Below, piece after piece: positions 34,950 to 46,663 of a stretch of 64,000 bases of DNA. The translations under genes were made by a program, and so were the position numbers. Position 1 is the stretch's first letter. Every line of letters begins with the position of its first letter. A model generated the notes under the pieces. It did no database searches. It saw only the letters and a program-made list of their open reading frames with translations, and was not told where the DNA came from. This stretch comes from Lepidodermella squamata (Eukaryota > Animalia > Gastrotricha): NCBI GenBank assembly GCA_047495785.1, contig JBLDXI010000030.1:620001-684000 (forward strand), read 5' to 3'.

Positions 34950-36731
34950 TTACTGCACCAAGCAAATGTAGCTGCTGTGAGCCGGCACATACTGCGCCTC
35001 TTTCGTCGAAAACAGCAACTGAGACCGGTAGCCCATCGGGCAGCTCGTGACGCCAGTCGCCGGGTTGACGGCATTCTTCGACGTCTGTGTTTCATAAATC
35101 GAATAGAACCCACCGACTAACGCGCCTGGAACCGGCGTGAAAAACGCGTAGATATACTCACAGCCGTAGTTGGCCACCAAAATCACGTGTTGGGCTCCAA
35201 GGACAGTATGATCAGTTACATTGGCGCCGTAGTCGCGGAACGTTGGCTGGCATTGCGCGTCTCGAAGGCATTGGTACTTGTAGTCACCCATGAATTGCCT
35301 GTCATTAACGCGCCGCTGGAAGCCGAAAAACGCGCCCTGAGGATCGACCGACCCGTTACGGCACATGAAGAAGTACCCGGGCAGTGACGTAGACGGTTGC
35401 TGCTTCCAGAATTCTGGGCCCTCCCTGCACTCCGGCTCTGGGAACAAATCCGCAGGCCCACCACCGATTTTCAGCTTCTCATAGCCCAACGGGCAGTCGT
35501 AGACGTTATTCATCGGATTCGGAATGTCCGTAGTCAGCGAAACATCAGCCTTGTAATAAGTCCCACCGAAGTTCGATTTTCCGAGCTTCCGGTACTCGAC
35601 GTTTTCGGGGAGCTCCGTGTTGCAGTTGACCACGCCGTCGTAACGATTGACAGACGCTAAATGGCTGCAATAAGCACCACCGTCGACTACGGCTTCGAGG
35701 TTTTTGCGTTTCTCCTCGATTTTCGGGTCGTTCGGGAAGAATTGTGGGGTCAAAAGCTTAGTGATAGGTATCAAACGGAAGTCGATTGGCATAGGGGTCT
35801 TGCGAGAGTCTTCCAGCCATTTCGCCGTAGTATTGTAAGGACCTTGTTTGGTCGGTGGCGGTGCTCCAATCTTTAAAAAAAGTTCATTTCTGAAGGCAGT
35901 TCATCCTATCCAACTTACCGAATGAAGGGTAACACTTGAAGCCAACTCAGTGAATCTATCAGCAACTTGGGTCTCCTTCTCATCTTGGTAGTTGAAGGTC
36001 GCTTTGATGAATGCGAAACCAGCCGCTGTCTCAACGTCAAAGCTCGAAAATTCGCGCTCAGCCCTTGCGTAGTTCTCACTCGTGAAGGTCGCCCGTTGCC
36101 AGAACAGACTGCCGGCTCGCATCGACGAAACAACATGCGTGCCGAACTTCCTAAGAACAGCAAAGTATTGCTGAAGAGCTTCGTGTGATGTGGTATCAAG
36201 GGACAGTAGCCGAATCGCCTCGACAAAAGCTGGATCGAGGTTTGTTGGCTTCAGGGGGAACTTCAACTCGGCGCAGTAGACAATGCAGGATGAGGACGCG
36301 TCGACGAACATGTTCTTGTAGTTGCTCGTCTGCTCGACCGTATGCATGTAACCCTCGCCAGCTCGGAAGCTGAATACTTTACCCAATTCGATCCCGCCCG
36401 AAATCTGCCTACCCATCGAGTTCCTGTAACTCTCCCCGCCTGAAACTGTGCTAGCCTCGTAGGCCAGTTGGCAGGCTGTGCATTCGACTACATCGGTGAA
36501 GTCTGGGACTGTGTGCTTGCCATCGGCGGTCAGTTGGTTGGATTTGTAGCTCGTCATGTCTAGGACGCTTGAGACGAACCCGGCATCGATTGGTTCGGTG
36601 ACTGGCCGAGGGCTTGCTCGAACAATGTCGTAGCCACGGCCGAGGAACCCGATGTTCGGGAGCCGTGGCAGAACACTTTCTGCCGAAATCACTTGGCTCA
36701 GAAGAAAGGTCACTAATATTTTAAAGAACAT
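34950..36731 (-). CDS. Secreted MACPF pore-forming protein with MPEG1/perforin-2-like C-terminal domain; exons 36731-35919 and 35870-34950 (577 aa)
   Basis: Signal peptide; LGRGYDIV and FGTHVVSSMRAGS MACPF motifs; FGGTY...NPMNNVYDCPLGY and GGFYS...NPATGVTSCPMGY resemble MPEG1 P2 repeats; 48-nt phase-0 intron. Confidence 0.88.
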
Positions 36732-37421
36732 TCTTGAAGTATGTAATGGGAAAATTTGAGCTCAGCAACTTGTATGGCGCATGGGCCCACAATTAGCCGT
36801 TTAATCTGTAAATTTGCATAAAGATAGCATTGGTGAACTCTTTCAAAGGTCACACTCATAAGAGATGGGTGGAGCGTATGCGACAAATATCTTGATAAAT
36901 TCGCAATCCCAACCTGAACTGTAGAGAGCAAGTAAGGTAAGGACCAGCGAAATTTTGAGCAACCTCGAATTAATTACGAATAATGTTTACGATTTAATTG
37001 GAATAAACCTCTTATTGAATGTTAAAAATCATTCAACCCTAGTCCTAAACCATAACCCAGAGAGCAAAGTAGGACAGCCGAACTGGTTAGGATAAGGAAA
37101 ATCGACATAAGGGTCCCCCCTTTGGTCTTAGACTGAGTTCACCTTGCGGACCGATTGATCCCTACCATCCCTAGCGGTACTTCGCATAACCTCCAATCCT
37201 AATCCTATCCCTGAATCATTTTCAGATAATCTTAAGCTGGAACACTCCTAGTAAGAAAAAGTGGACACTGAGCAACTATTAGGATTTGAAATTCCTAAGT
37301 CCTAATTACGACCAGAAATAATAATTCGCGAATAAATTTCTCAAAACAATCAAAACCGTTGTAAACAAAGGCTATGCATTGCTTTATTCGTGAAGTGAAA
37401 ATATTATGTCAATTGTCGTGT

Positions 37422-40400
37422 TTAATTCCTTCGATGGCGTCTCGTTGGTGATTGGCTTTGGTTCCTGTGTTCACGATGATGCCGCCGCCGTCTCCTCCGA
37501 TGGCTCCTATTCACAGCCGTCACAACCTCCTCAACCACAGACCTCCTCCGCGCAGCCGGCTGATCCGTCACAGCAGCCGGCCGTTCATGCGTCATCATAG
37601 CAATCTGATCCGCAATTCTCATCAATTCCTCCTCGTTGTCAACACGGAAAGACGGCTGCGGCATAGGGATCCTACTACCCTCCTGGAAAACATCGTCATC
37701 GCGAAGGCCGCGATGTTCCGTAAAAACGTCATCCTCAGTCAAACCAGGCCGGTAAGAAGTCGCAGTTTGCCTCATCATCCTAACTGGTAGAGAAGGCTGA
37801 GGCAATGGCGGTGGGGGTGGCGGCAGGACCTGCTGCTGTTGTAACAGACTCCTATCTAAAATCCCGTTTCGTATCAACCTCTGCTCTCGGTCGATATGAG
37901 CCGATGGGGTGAAAACTACATTCGCGGCAAATTTCAACTCGACCTTCTTAGCCGGGGTTTCCAGCGACGCCGAAGTACGCCCAGCTGAATAATAATCGGC
38001 AGTTTCTTCGGTGCCGACAACAGAAGCTTTCTTCTTCTCCTTCTCCTTCTCCTTCTTCCGTTTCTCCCTCTCCTTTTTCATCGCTTTGTCCCTCTGATGC
38101 GCCTCGAACAATTTCGGATCTATCGGCCCGAAAAATGAGAGGAAAACAGGTAGGAACAGTATGGCGTGTAAAGCCGATATCGCAACGGCGAGGCTGAGAG
38201 ATAGGAAGTAGACCTGGTAGATGTACATGCCGGTTGTAGCCATCGCGAGTACGGACATGACAGTTCCAGAGGCGGCTGGGATCAACGCATGGCCAACTTC
38301 TGTCAGGGCGTGGACGGTTTTTTCGTGCCGGGAATGCCCAGGGGCGGTCATGTAATCAAAGGCCATGTGCATGACGAAGTCGACTGAGTATCCTACGTTG
38401 ATGATAAGCATAGTGAGAGAAATTAGGTCGAGATCCACGCCAACGTAAGGTAGGAAGCCGATGAGACCGAAAACTTCTGATAGCAGCATTACGGCTATGT
38501 AGAAAACCAGGATGATGTGCGGGACCATGAAGGCAGCTTTGGGAGATGTGAAACTGGTAATTCAGAGGGATAAGAGGACTGAATAACTTACCAACTATGA
38601 TTGCACATCCGACAGTTATCATGATGTAGTAGACCGATATATAAGTCGTATTCCGTTTCATTTCGTATTGCCTGCAAAATAGCTAAAAATGTTGAACGCT
38701 TAATCGAAGCAATTTTACCCGTAGTCTTGATCAAAAATCATCAGTTCGAGATCTCTGTACTGTTCCCGGAGCTGAGTTGCCAACCGCCACTGAGCCACCT
38801 GTCTGTCATTGGTCGTCATATCAACCGCAATAACGTGCCCACGGGTTTTGCAAACCCAACTGCGGTCCTGCTTGCACCACTTCACATCATCTTCCAGCAG
38901 CCATTTGCGGTTCTTTTCAACTGCCCATTCGTCGTGGAGGATATCAAAGAATACGTCTCGGTTGCCCTGGGCCATTTCGTATTTCGTCTCATTCTCGCGT
39001 AGGTAGTCGAGATACTCACGCAGCCACCATCGGGTCATGTTTTTACTGGGATGGAAGAAACCGCTGCTCTCCAGCTTACGGAAAACAGATTCAAACTTTT
39101 CCTGGACTTCTGGCTTCCAAAATTCAGCAACTTGTTTCGATTTGCCGAAAAACACGCGAACCTCGCGGAAGTTGTTGAAAGCCTCGTCATTCTCCTTTAG
39201 AAATGCCGCCTCAGGCGTGTAGTATGGGGCCAAGTTCTGTGGCCTCAGGCCATAATGAAGATTGATACAGCCGTAAGTGCAAAATGCGACGTAGCCAATG
39301 AAAATGACAATAGCCAAAAAACGAGCGGGTGTTTTGATGAGCAGAACCGCGTAGCTATGCGCGAGCCGTTTCAGCGCACTCTCGGCTTCGACTTCCTCAT
39401 CGCTGATTTCGGACGGCGTTTTCTCTTGTTTATCGCCTTCTTCTTCGTCATCACCCTCACCTAGCCTATGGAATCCATCTTTTCGCATCGACCTCGCATT
39501 TGCAGCGCAGCATATCACATAGCACAATGTGCTCGTAAAAATAGCTGCAATTTTAAATTAAAAAATTGTAAATTAAAATTAATAAATTAAAATTACTTTC
39601 ATTGGTCCGCCTGGGAGCTCGAATGCAGCAACAGCATGAATTGCGACCTTTCGGTTCAGCCATAACGAAAAAAGTTAGGCATGACGCAAAAATTGTCAGC
39701 TGAAGTACGAAATCGAACGTCATCAAGACAAGTGTGTAGAGAGTGAATTCCGAAATGATTTGGTAAGGCGCCTTCGACCCGACAGCCTCAGATATAATAT
39801 TTGTCACAGCTGTAATGAAAATCGCCGTCCCAGCCTCGTGCATCGTCGCTTTCATCCTTTTTGGCCTAGGGTCTTTCACCGAAGTTTGCCGCAGAGCCGT
39901 GACGACAACGAACATATCGTCGAGACCGATAGCTAGGATCAAAAACGGAACCCCAGCACAGGAGTAAGAGAATGCATACCCAAGATAGGTCATCAGTCCT
40001 ATCCCTCCAGCATTAGCTAGTAGCGTTGACATGATACCAATCACCCCCAACCAAGGCTTGGAAGTCACAACATCATTTGCGGTCATAGCAGCACAGGCCC
40101 ATAGGGCAACAGCGACTATGGTGGCCAGGAATTTCGGAATCAAATTTAACAGCTTGCTCTCGCCGTATGTCACAATTCTTGACTCGAGGTACCACCTAAC
40201 AGATATGCCGTGATTCGGCTCGAAGTTTTCCTTGTTCAATCGCGGCAGTAGCCGGTCGAGATTGTCACGCCAGCGATTGTAAAGCTGGCCATTTTCGCCA
40301 GATGATTGGAAACAAATTTGAACCGACGACCGAAGGGTTTTGACAGTTGTCGCGTAAATGTTGCCATCGAATGAGTTCCTCGTGATTTCAACGCGACCAG

Positions 40401-41883
40401 CGACTTGGGACAACACTTTTGTGTTATCGATGTAAGGAAACGGCATTTGGCTAACGATCAACGCCCCTCGAACGTCTGATGTATTAATGGATTTGATTGT
40501 CCAGTCTGAGCAGGCAGAATTAGGATCGGATATGTTAGCGGGTTTGCACAGCTGCTCGAGGTTGAAATCCTCGTAACCCGGCCCGGCGTTGATTTGTTCT
40601 CGAACGTATTTTTCGACCTCCAAAAGGCGGTTGAACATGTTGACGCTGATGAAACCGTTGACAGCCATGCTTTTGCATCGAGATTTTGTCGTCGCGTTTG
40701 CGTTCGGCTCGCTGCAATACGCTGGCTGTTTAGGCGTGACAATGTAAGCGAATGTAAAGCCTCGACAGTCGCAATCTGTCGTGCATTTGAAACGACTTGG
40801 CGGCTTCGATGGCTTCGTTGTGGGCTTTGGCGTAGTTGAAGTTGCGTTGGTCATGTTCGAATCTCCTGTAGTTGGAATCGGAGTGGTAGTTCGCCGCCTT
40901 CGCGTACTTGGGCCAGTATAGTTTGCAGCTTCTGTAACGTTCACTGTTGTTGGCAGTGATGTTGTAGTAATAACAGGTTTGGGTGGTTTCGTTCGAGCAG
41001 GCACGCCATCGCAAGGGCAATTGTCGGAGAAGTAGTAAACCTAAAGGAAAAAGAAAAAGCCTTAAAATTGAGAACTAATCAACAGCATAGGAGCATTTTC
41101 TCTCGAACTGGTGTACTTCCAAGTTCAACCATTTCCCCAAAAGTTCAACAGCCCTAGACCTAACCCTAACCCAACCTCAGTTTCTGTTTCTAACCTCGAA
41201 CCTAATCTCTCATCTCTTATCCTAGCTTAAATAAGAACCAATCCACCCAACCCTACTATGGCTTAACCCTCAACCTAAAACTGAAGTTCAAAAACCAGCC
41301 CATATTCCAAACCTCAACCCCATCCCTAACTTTGTCAGGTTTTGATAGCTTAGGAAATACTCACATAGGAACCATCACCAACGAAAGCAGAATCTGGATC
41401 GAGAAAATCTTGATCTGTAACAGGCTTTAATCTGATCTTCGCCAAGCCAGAAGCACATCCGAAGCCTAACCCAAGGCCGATCAGTAAGGTGATGTACGGA
41501 AATCGACCCATGAAGTAGCCGTACTTTGAAAACATCCATTGAATGCCTCTCTGAAGCATTAAGGTCAATTTCGCGAATGAAAACTTGACCTTCTTTTTCT
41601 CAGGCTTTGCTTGATCTTCCGGCGGATGATCAGTAGCAACAGGTTGTTCAGGAGATACCTCACCAACAGCTGGCTGGTCATGGTTTTGCGCTGAATCGTA
41701 ATTCGATGTGGTTGAAGATGATGACGAGGTGGAGACGGGTGAAGCCTCAGGTTGATTTTCTATTGCAGTTGTTTCAATTTGGACTTGCTCAGGAACTACA
41801 GCAACGACGAACGCTGGCGGCCGCGATGATCTTGGTTCAAGGGGCGAGTGGAGAACAGGGGTAGGCGGGGCTTGGGTCGCCAT
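37422..41883 (-). CDS. Patched-related (PTCHD/PTR) sterol-sensing-domain membrane protein, multi-exon
   Basis: SKPWLG, VPFLILAIGLDDMF (GxxxDD), GTAIFITAVTN and GYSVDF motifs; two luminal loops and multiple TM segments; GT-AG introns between the ORF segments. Confidence 0.92.
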
Positions 41884-42084
41884 TTATGTCCACGTGTGCG
41901 AAATTAAGCCAATTTATATACGAATTCACACCGTGCTTTGTCTACGCTATGCATACTACGCATTGATGAAAAGCTGTTGTTGTTTTGTTCTTTGCTCACA
42001 GTACTTGGTGAATAAACATCACACATGCGCTTTACAGGCTTATATAAATACTTGGTACCAAAGTACTGTAATACATAAACCAGG
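41852..42084. repeat. Patched-related gene start and upstream region, duplicated at 44957-45174
   Basis: Colinear shared blocks such as AATTTATATACGAATTCA, TTTTGTTCTTTGCTCACAGT, GGTGAATAAACATCACACAT and CTTGGTACCAAAGTACT. Confidence 0.85.
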
Positions 42085-42644
42085 TGCGTGCTTTCACTAT
42101 AATTTAAATAAAAAACCAAGGAGGAGAATCATCCGAATGGAACAATCCTCCTCGAATTATGAAATAGAAATTCATTTTCGTCTTATTTTCTATGATAACA
42201 ATTCAAAGCTACAATGGAGACTTCGGTTGATCATGAAATGAGTTGGATCATTTCAAGATCAGATGTAAAATGTAAAAGAAAAGTTGAAGCGACCACGTCT
42301 CATTTCGTTTCGAATTGTTTGTAAGATGTGCAAACTACGCCACATTCTACAAGTAATCTTTCCTACCCATGTCAATCTGCGCTAATTTTCGCGATCCTGT
42401 TGTTTTCTATGGATTTGGTGCTAGATGCTAATTGATTAGCACAAAGCTATATAATATAATAGTTGCTTTAATCTGGAATCGACACTATGATCGTTATAAA
42501 TAAACGCACGGCCGATCGATCTACCATATTTAGACATTTCGGAAGTTTGTTTTGCATTGAGCTGAAAGGCAAACGAAATGTACAGATCATTGCTCAAACA
42601 TCAGATCGAACATAATATATACTTCACCTTTTGGTTTTCACACC

Positions 42645-43825
42645 ATGATGGGCTGCTTCCCCTTTATTTTTAGCGTTCTAGTTTCAAGCGTCATGGCTAA
42701 TGAAACTTTCGTGCCAATGGAAGAGCGAATTATGAGGTATTTCTCTGAAAAATGCACACTTTTCAGCAGAGGAAGGCCTGCCTCAACATGGAAGCCGGTC
42801 AATGTCAGCGTCGACTTCTGGCCATTCCGCTTCAACTTACTTGAAGAACGAACTCAACACTTTTCCGTTATGGCCTCGCTACAACTGTCATGGAACCATG
42901 AATGCGTGTCATGGGACCCAGGTCAATGGGGCGGGGTAGCCTACATAGCAGTAAAGGCTGGGGATGTATGGCGACCAACGTTACACATGACAAATGGAGC
43001 TGAAACTATTCCAATATCATCATTTCTTAATGATTTCTCTAAAATTGAGTACTACAGTGACTCAATAGTAACGCTGATTCTCTATGGCGAATTCAAAGCA
43101 TTCTGCGCTCTGAAGTAAGTTGGCTCAAAGGCATTAGGTATATATATATATATCATTTCCCATACCAATTTAGCTTGGAGAAGTTTCCTTTTGATCAGCA
43201 AAATTGCCCCATCAACTTTGATTCGTACGATTATTCCGAGCACACAAAACTCACAATTGGCGCCTCTTCAACCTTCATCCAAGATGAAGCAAATCCTTTC
43301 ATCAGCACAGTTGATGCCTGGGAACTTGTATCCTACTCAAATAGCACATTCGCAGTATCCAACGAGCTGATGTCTCAACAACGCGTGTCTTTTCACTTCT
43401 TGTTAAGGAGGAAACCAGCGTTGTACATCATCAACATATTCCTACCTACGCTGTGCATGAGCGTTCTACTTTTCGGCGCCGTTTTCATCCCAGCCGATTC
43501 ACCAGATCGATCTGTTTTCTGCGTGACGGTGCTTTTAGCTATTTCCGTCCTCCAGGCTGATATCAGCAGTCAGATACCGGTGACAAGCGAAATTCCATAC
43601 GCACTCGTATTCCTGACCGCGCACTTTTTTGCCGCAGTATTCTGCGGCATTTACAGCTTGTTTGCTTGCGAAATGTCCGATTGGCCACGAATGCAGATTA
43701 AACTCGCAATTTGCGGTAATTTCAAAGTTCGCCGGTTAAAAATTATCGATATTGCTGTTTTCAGCTCCATCTTCTTCTTGCTATTGCTAACTGATACAGC
43801 GATACTCGTCAAAATGACAAACTAG
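42645..43825 (+). CDS. Divergent Cys-loop ligand-gated ion channel subunit, 2 exons (intron 43115-43173)
   Basis: Signal peptide, DVWRP, CALN|LEKFPFDQQNC, LRRKPALYIINIFLP, M2 DRSVFCVTVLLA, PVTSE. Confidence 0.92.
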
Positions 43826-44229
43826 TAACAAACTTATGAGTAATTCCAAAAGTCCGAAGTCCGAGAACCATCTCATCAAAAGTGACCGACTTCAAGAAAG
43901 GATCGCGTAACGATCATCAACTCTGTTCAAACCCTGAAATTGAAGTTCTTCATATTTTTTCAGGCGCTTCGATCAAATAGAGCTAGCTCGCAGTTTTTTC
44001 AACGTCCGCGTGTTAGAACGGCTTTTGAACTTCGCTTTAATATATTATTATGCAGCGTCACAAAGCACTGCATAAAATGTTAACGTTTCCACAGCGAATT
44101 TCAAATACTTATCGGAGGCATATTCGAGGCTTGGCCTTAGTCAGGAAAAGCGCGTCCAATATATAGCGCCAAGCATAGAAATGTTAACAGTAAAACGTAT
44201 ATTATTTTTTTTTATCATAGAGATCCGAT

Positions 44230-44280
44230 TTCGGCGACTGATTACGAGTTAGAGTCCTAACTCAGTAATCTGTCGCCGAA
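44230..44280. repeat. Short hairpin, probable MITE remnant
   Basis: TTCGGCGAC-TGATTAC-GAGTTAG ... CTAACTC-AGTAATC-TGTCGCCGAA near-perfect inverted repeat. Confidence 0.6.
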
Positions 44281-44591
44281 AGAGTTAGGACTAAATAGTT
44301 CAATAGCATTTTTCACAATGATGCGAATGAAAAATAAGCGGTTTCAGGTCATCAGTAATTCTTCGAAAAGTTCATCTTGCATTGGGTTTCCTCTCTGGTT
44401 AATCTGATATCTCTCTGGATTTTATTGCTCTCATTATCGTGAAGCGCTTCTATTGCGCGGTCGTCCGCTTGTAATCACTGACGCTATAAACATGCGCCTT
44501 TGTACCATGGCTCCTTATTTTGGTTATTTTATTTTCGATTAATAAAACATAAATGTTGCTGATGGGTAATATTGTTTTCCTTTCAGAAACA

Positions 44592-44780
44592 TCGTTAGCG
44601 TCGTTGAATAACTCGGATTCAGGCCTGTTTGCATCCATTTCAAGGTGATAGGTGAAAAGTAAAAAGTATTTTGTTTCTACCTCTCCATTCACGTTAAAAA
44701 AGCCGTTTTTTAATTGTCACCTATAACTGTGAAATGGATGTAAACAAGCCTAAATCCGAGTTATTCAACGACGCTAACGA
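44592..44780. mobile_element. Hairpin MITE with ~80-bp inverted arms
   Basis: TCGTTAGCGTCGTTGAATAACTCGGATT... and its reverse complement ending at 44780. Confidence 0.7.
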
Positions 44781-44956
44781 CATGATCGCACACACGAAGT
44801 AGCGATGACAGCTTGATACAGGCTGAAAATTCCGGCAACAGTCGGTTTGCGTGTTTTGGGCAGATTCACCTTGACGTTCTGTTGAGCAACAAAAATTGCA
44901 AAAACACTCTCGATTCTTGATCTGTAGCTGGCTTCAATCTTATCCTGGCCAAACGC

Positions 44957-45174
44957 AGAACAGGGTTGGGCGGGGCTTGGGCCGCAATATGTGCGAAATT
45001 CAGCTAATTTATATACGAATTCATGCAGCTATACCTACATACATACTACGTATTGATGAAATGCTGTTGTTGTTTTGTTCTTTGCTCACAGTGCTCGGTG
45101 AATAAACATCACACATACGCTATACAGGCTTTTATGAAGGCTTGGTACCAAAGTACTTCAATGCATTAGCCAGG
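44957..45174. repeat. Second copy of the Patched-related 5'/upstream segment; ATG lost
   Basis: Aligns with 41852-42084; GTCGCCAT has become GCCGCAAT. Confidence 0.8.
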
Positions 45175-45309
45175 ATTTTCGAGAAAAACTAATGATAGCG
45201 AGACATCCGATTTGGACAACCCTCATTAATTTGAATTTTAAATAGTTTATTTTAATTCTGTCAAACCTTTTATTGACGATTGAAGATTTATTTATTTATT
45301 TTAGGAATT

Positions 45310-45606
45310 ATGTTGTCTTTTGCTGGTAATAATTCTGACGAAGATAAAATTCCTGTCATCGCATTTGACCAATTATCCGAGCAGCAAATTGTTATCCCGA
45401 CCAATCACGTGACCTTAGCCAGCCTGCAGCTCGAAGCGACGGACGCTCAATTTTCGCCGCCTGTCATCAATGCCTCCGACCGTTTAAAAGCTCAAAAAGC
45501 AGCTAGTCAACGCAACATTAGACTATGGGCCAGCTTTACCATAGCTTCTTTCGCCATAGTAGCAGTCATTGTTTTCGTTGCTTTCTACCTATCATCGCCA
45601 AAATAA
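45310..45606 (+). CDS. Small single-pass membrane protein, TLASLQ family copy 1
   Basis: VTLASLQL, SQRNIR, then a C-terminal TM helix; paralogous to the next two ORFs. Confidence 0.7.
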   Translation: MLSFAGNNSDEDKIPVIAFDQLSEQQIVIPTNHVTLASLQLEATDAQFSPPVINASDRLKAQKAASQRNIRLWASFTIASFAIVAVIVFVAFYLSSPK

Positions 45607-45810
45607 AACGTGGATGAAAGATGAATGATGCCTTCCATTCATTTTTTAGTCAGAGGTAGTGACAAATTATTACGTCATGTCGTTACACATGATATTGTAG
45701 TAAAAAAAAAACTATACAATATCACGCCAGAACAAAGCCCATTACCTATCACGAAAAAGCCGGGAGCACTTGAAAATATTTTTTTTGGACTGAAAGTTTT
45801 AACTCAAACT

Positions 45811-46146
45811 ATGTATAAGGCTTGGCATGATGATGAGGAGCCAGTTTGGCCGAACAATGACAACGATCAGTCGAACGATTATTCAATCAGGGATTTCTCG
45901 TCGAATTCTCAGCCAACTTTGGCGTCACTTCAGCTAGCTGTAGGCGGGGATGCAAATTCAACCGCAGAAATTGCAGCTCGATCTCGAGAAGATATAGTTT
46001 CGAATCAAAGGCGGGTGCGAATCTTCGCAAGTATCATCATTGGATCTCTAACTCTGGTGGCCGTAGTGATTTTCGTGGTTTTCTACATGCAATCCAAATC
46101 GACAGCTACAGATGCCCCTGTGACGACTACTACGACTAAGAAATAA
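45811..46146 (+). CDS. Small single-pass membrane protein, TLASLQ family copy 2 (probable start 45811; ORF open from 45625)
   Basis: PTLASLQL, SNQRRVR, TM IIIGSLTLVAVVIFVVFYM. Confidence 0.7.
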   Translation: MYKAWHDDEEPVWPNNDNDQSNDYSIRDFSSNSQPTLASLQLAVGGDANSTAEIAARSREDIVSNQRRVRIFASIIIGSLTLVAVVIFVVFYMQSKSTATDAPVTTTTTKK

Positions 46147-46290
46147 ACCTTGATAATACATTTCTTATGCGACGTGAATTACAAGCCAAAAATTATGGCA
46201 GCTAAATAAATAAGAAGAGCTAATTACGCGCAGCTCTCATTTGCGAACATATCATTACTTAATGCTGTATTATTTGAAAATTGTAAACTT

Positions 46291-46593
46291 ATGGCTTTTA
46301 TTGACGGTGCTAAGCATCAGCTTAGTGATTCCGGTGATATTCAACCCGTTGCAGCCAGCGATGACAAACAGCTATCGGCCATTGCTATGCTAGCTGCAGA
46401 GTCGACCCTGGCTAGTCTGCAGCCGAGTGCTAGCAATACTATTCAGTCGAACCGATCGGCGCGAATACGCGGTAAACTAGTCGCGAATCAACGAAAAATT
46501 CACATAATAACCGGCTACCTCATCGCTGGTCTTGCGATCATTGGCGTAACGGGTTTTTTCATCTTTGGATTCGCTAAAAAGACATCGTCCTAA
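46291..46593 (+). CDS. Small single-pass membrane protein, TLASLQ family copy 3
   Basis: STLASLQP, ANQRKIH, TM IITGYLIAGLAIIGVTGFFIFGF. Confidence 0.7.
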   Translation: MAFIDGAKHQLSDSGDIQPVAASDDKQLSAIAMLAAESTLASLQPSASNTIQSNRSARIRGKLVANQRKIHIITGYLIAGLAIIGVTGFFIFGFAKKTSS

Positions 46594-46663
46594 TTCAGCT
46601 ATTTTCCCCGGTTCAAATTATTCTATGTTTTATTTAAGCAGTATTCTGGTGATCAATAAAAAA

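Noticed and set aside
41155-41335. Telomere-like CCCTAA motifs in the Patched-related intron (also near 37035-37210)
   Set aside because: Scattered and degenerate; more likely a decayed repeat than an interstitial telomere.
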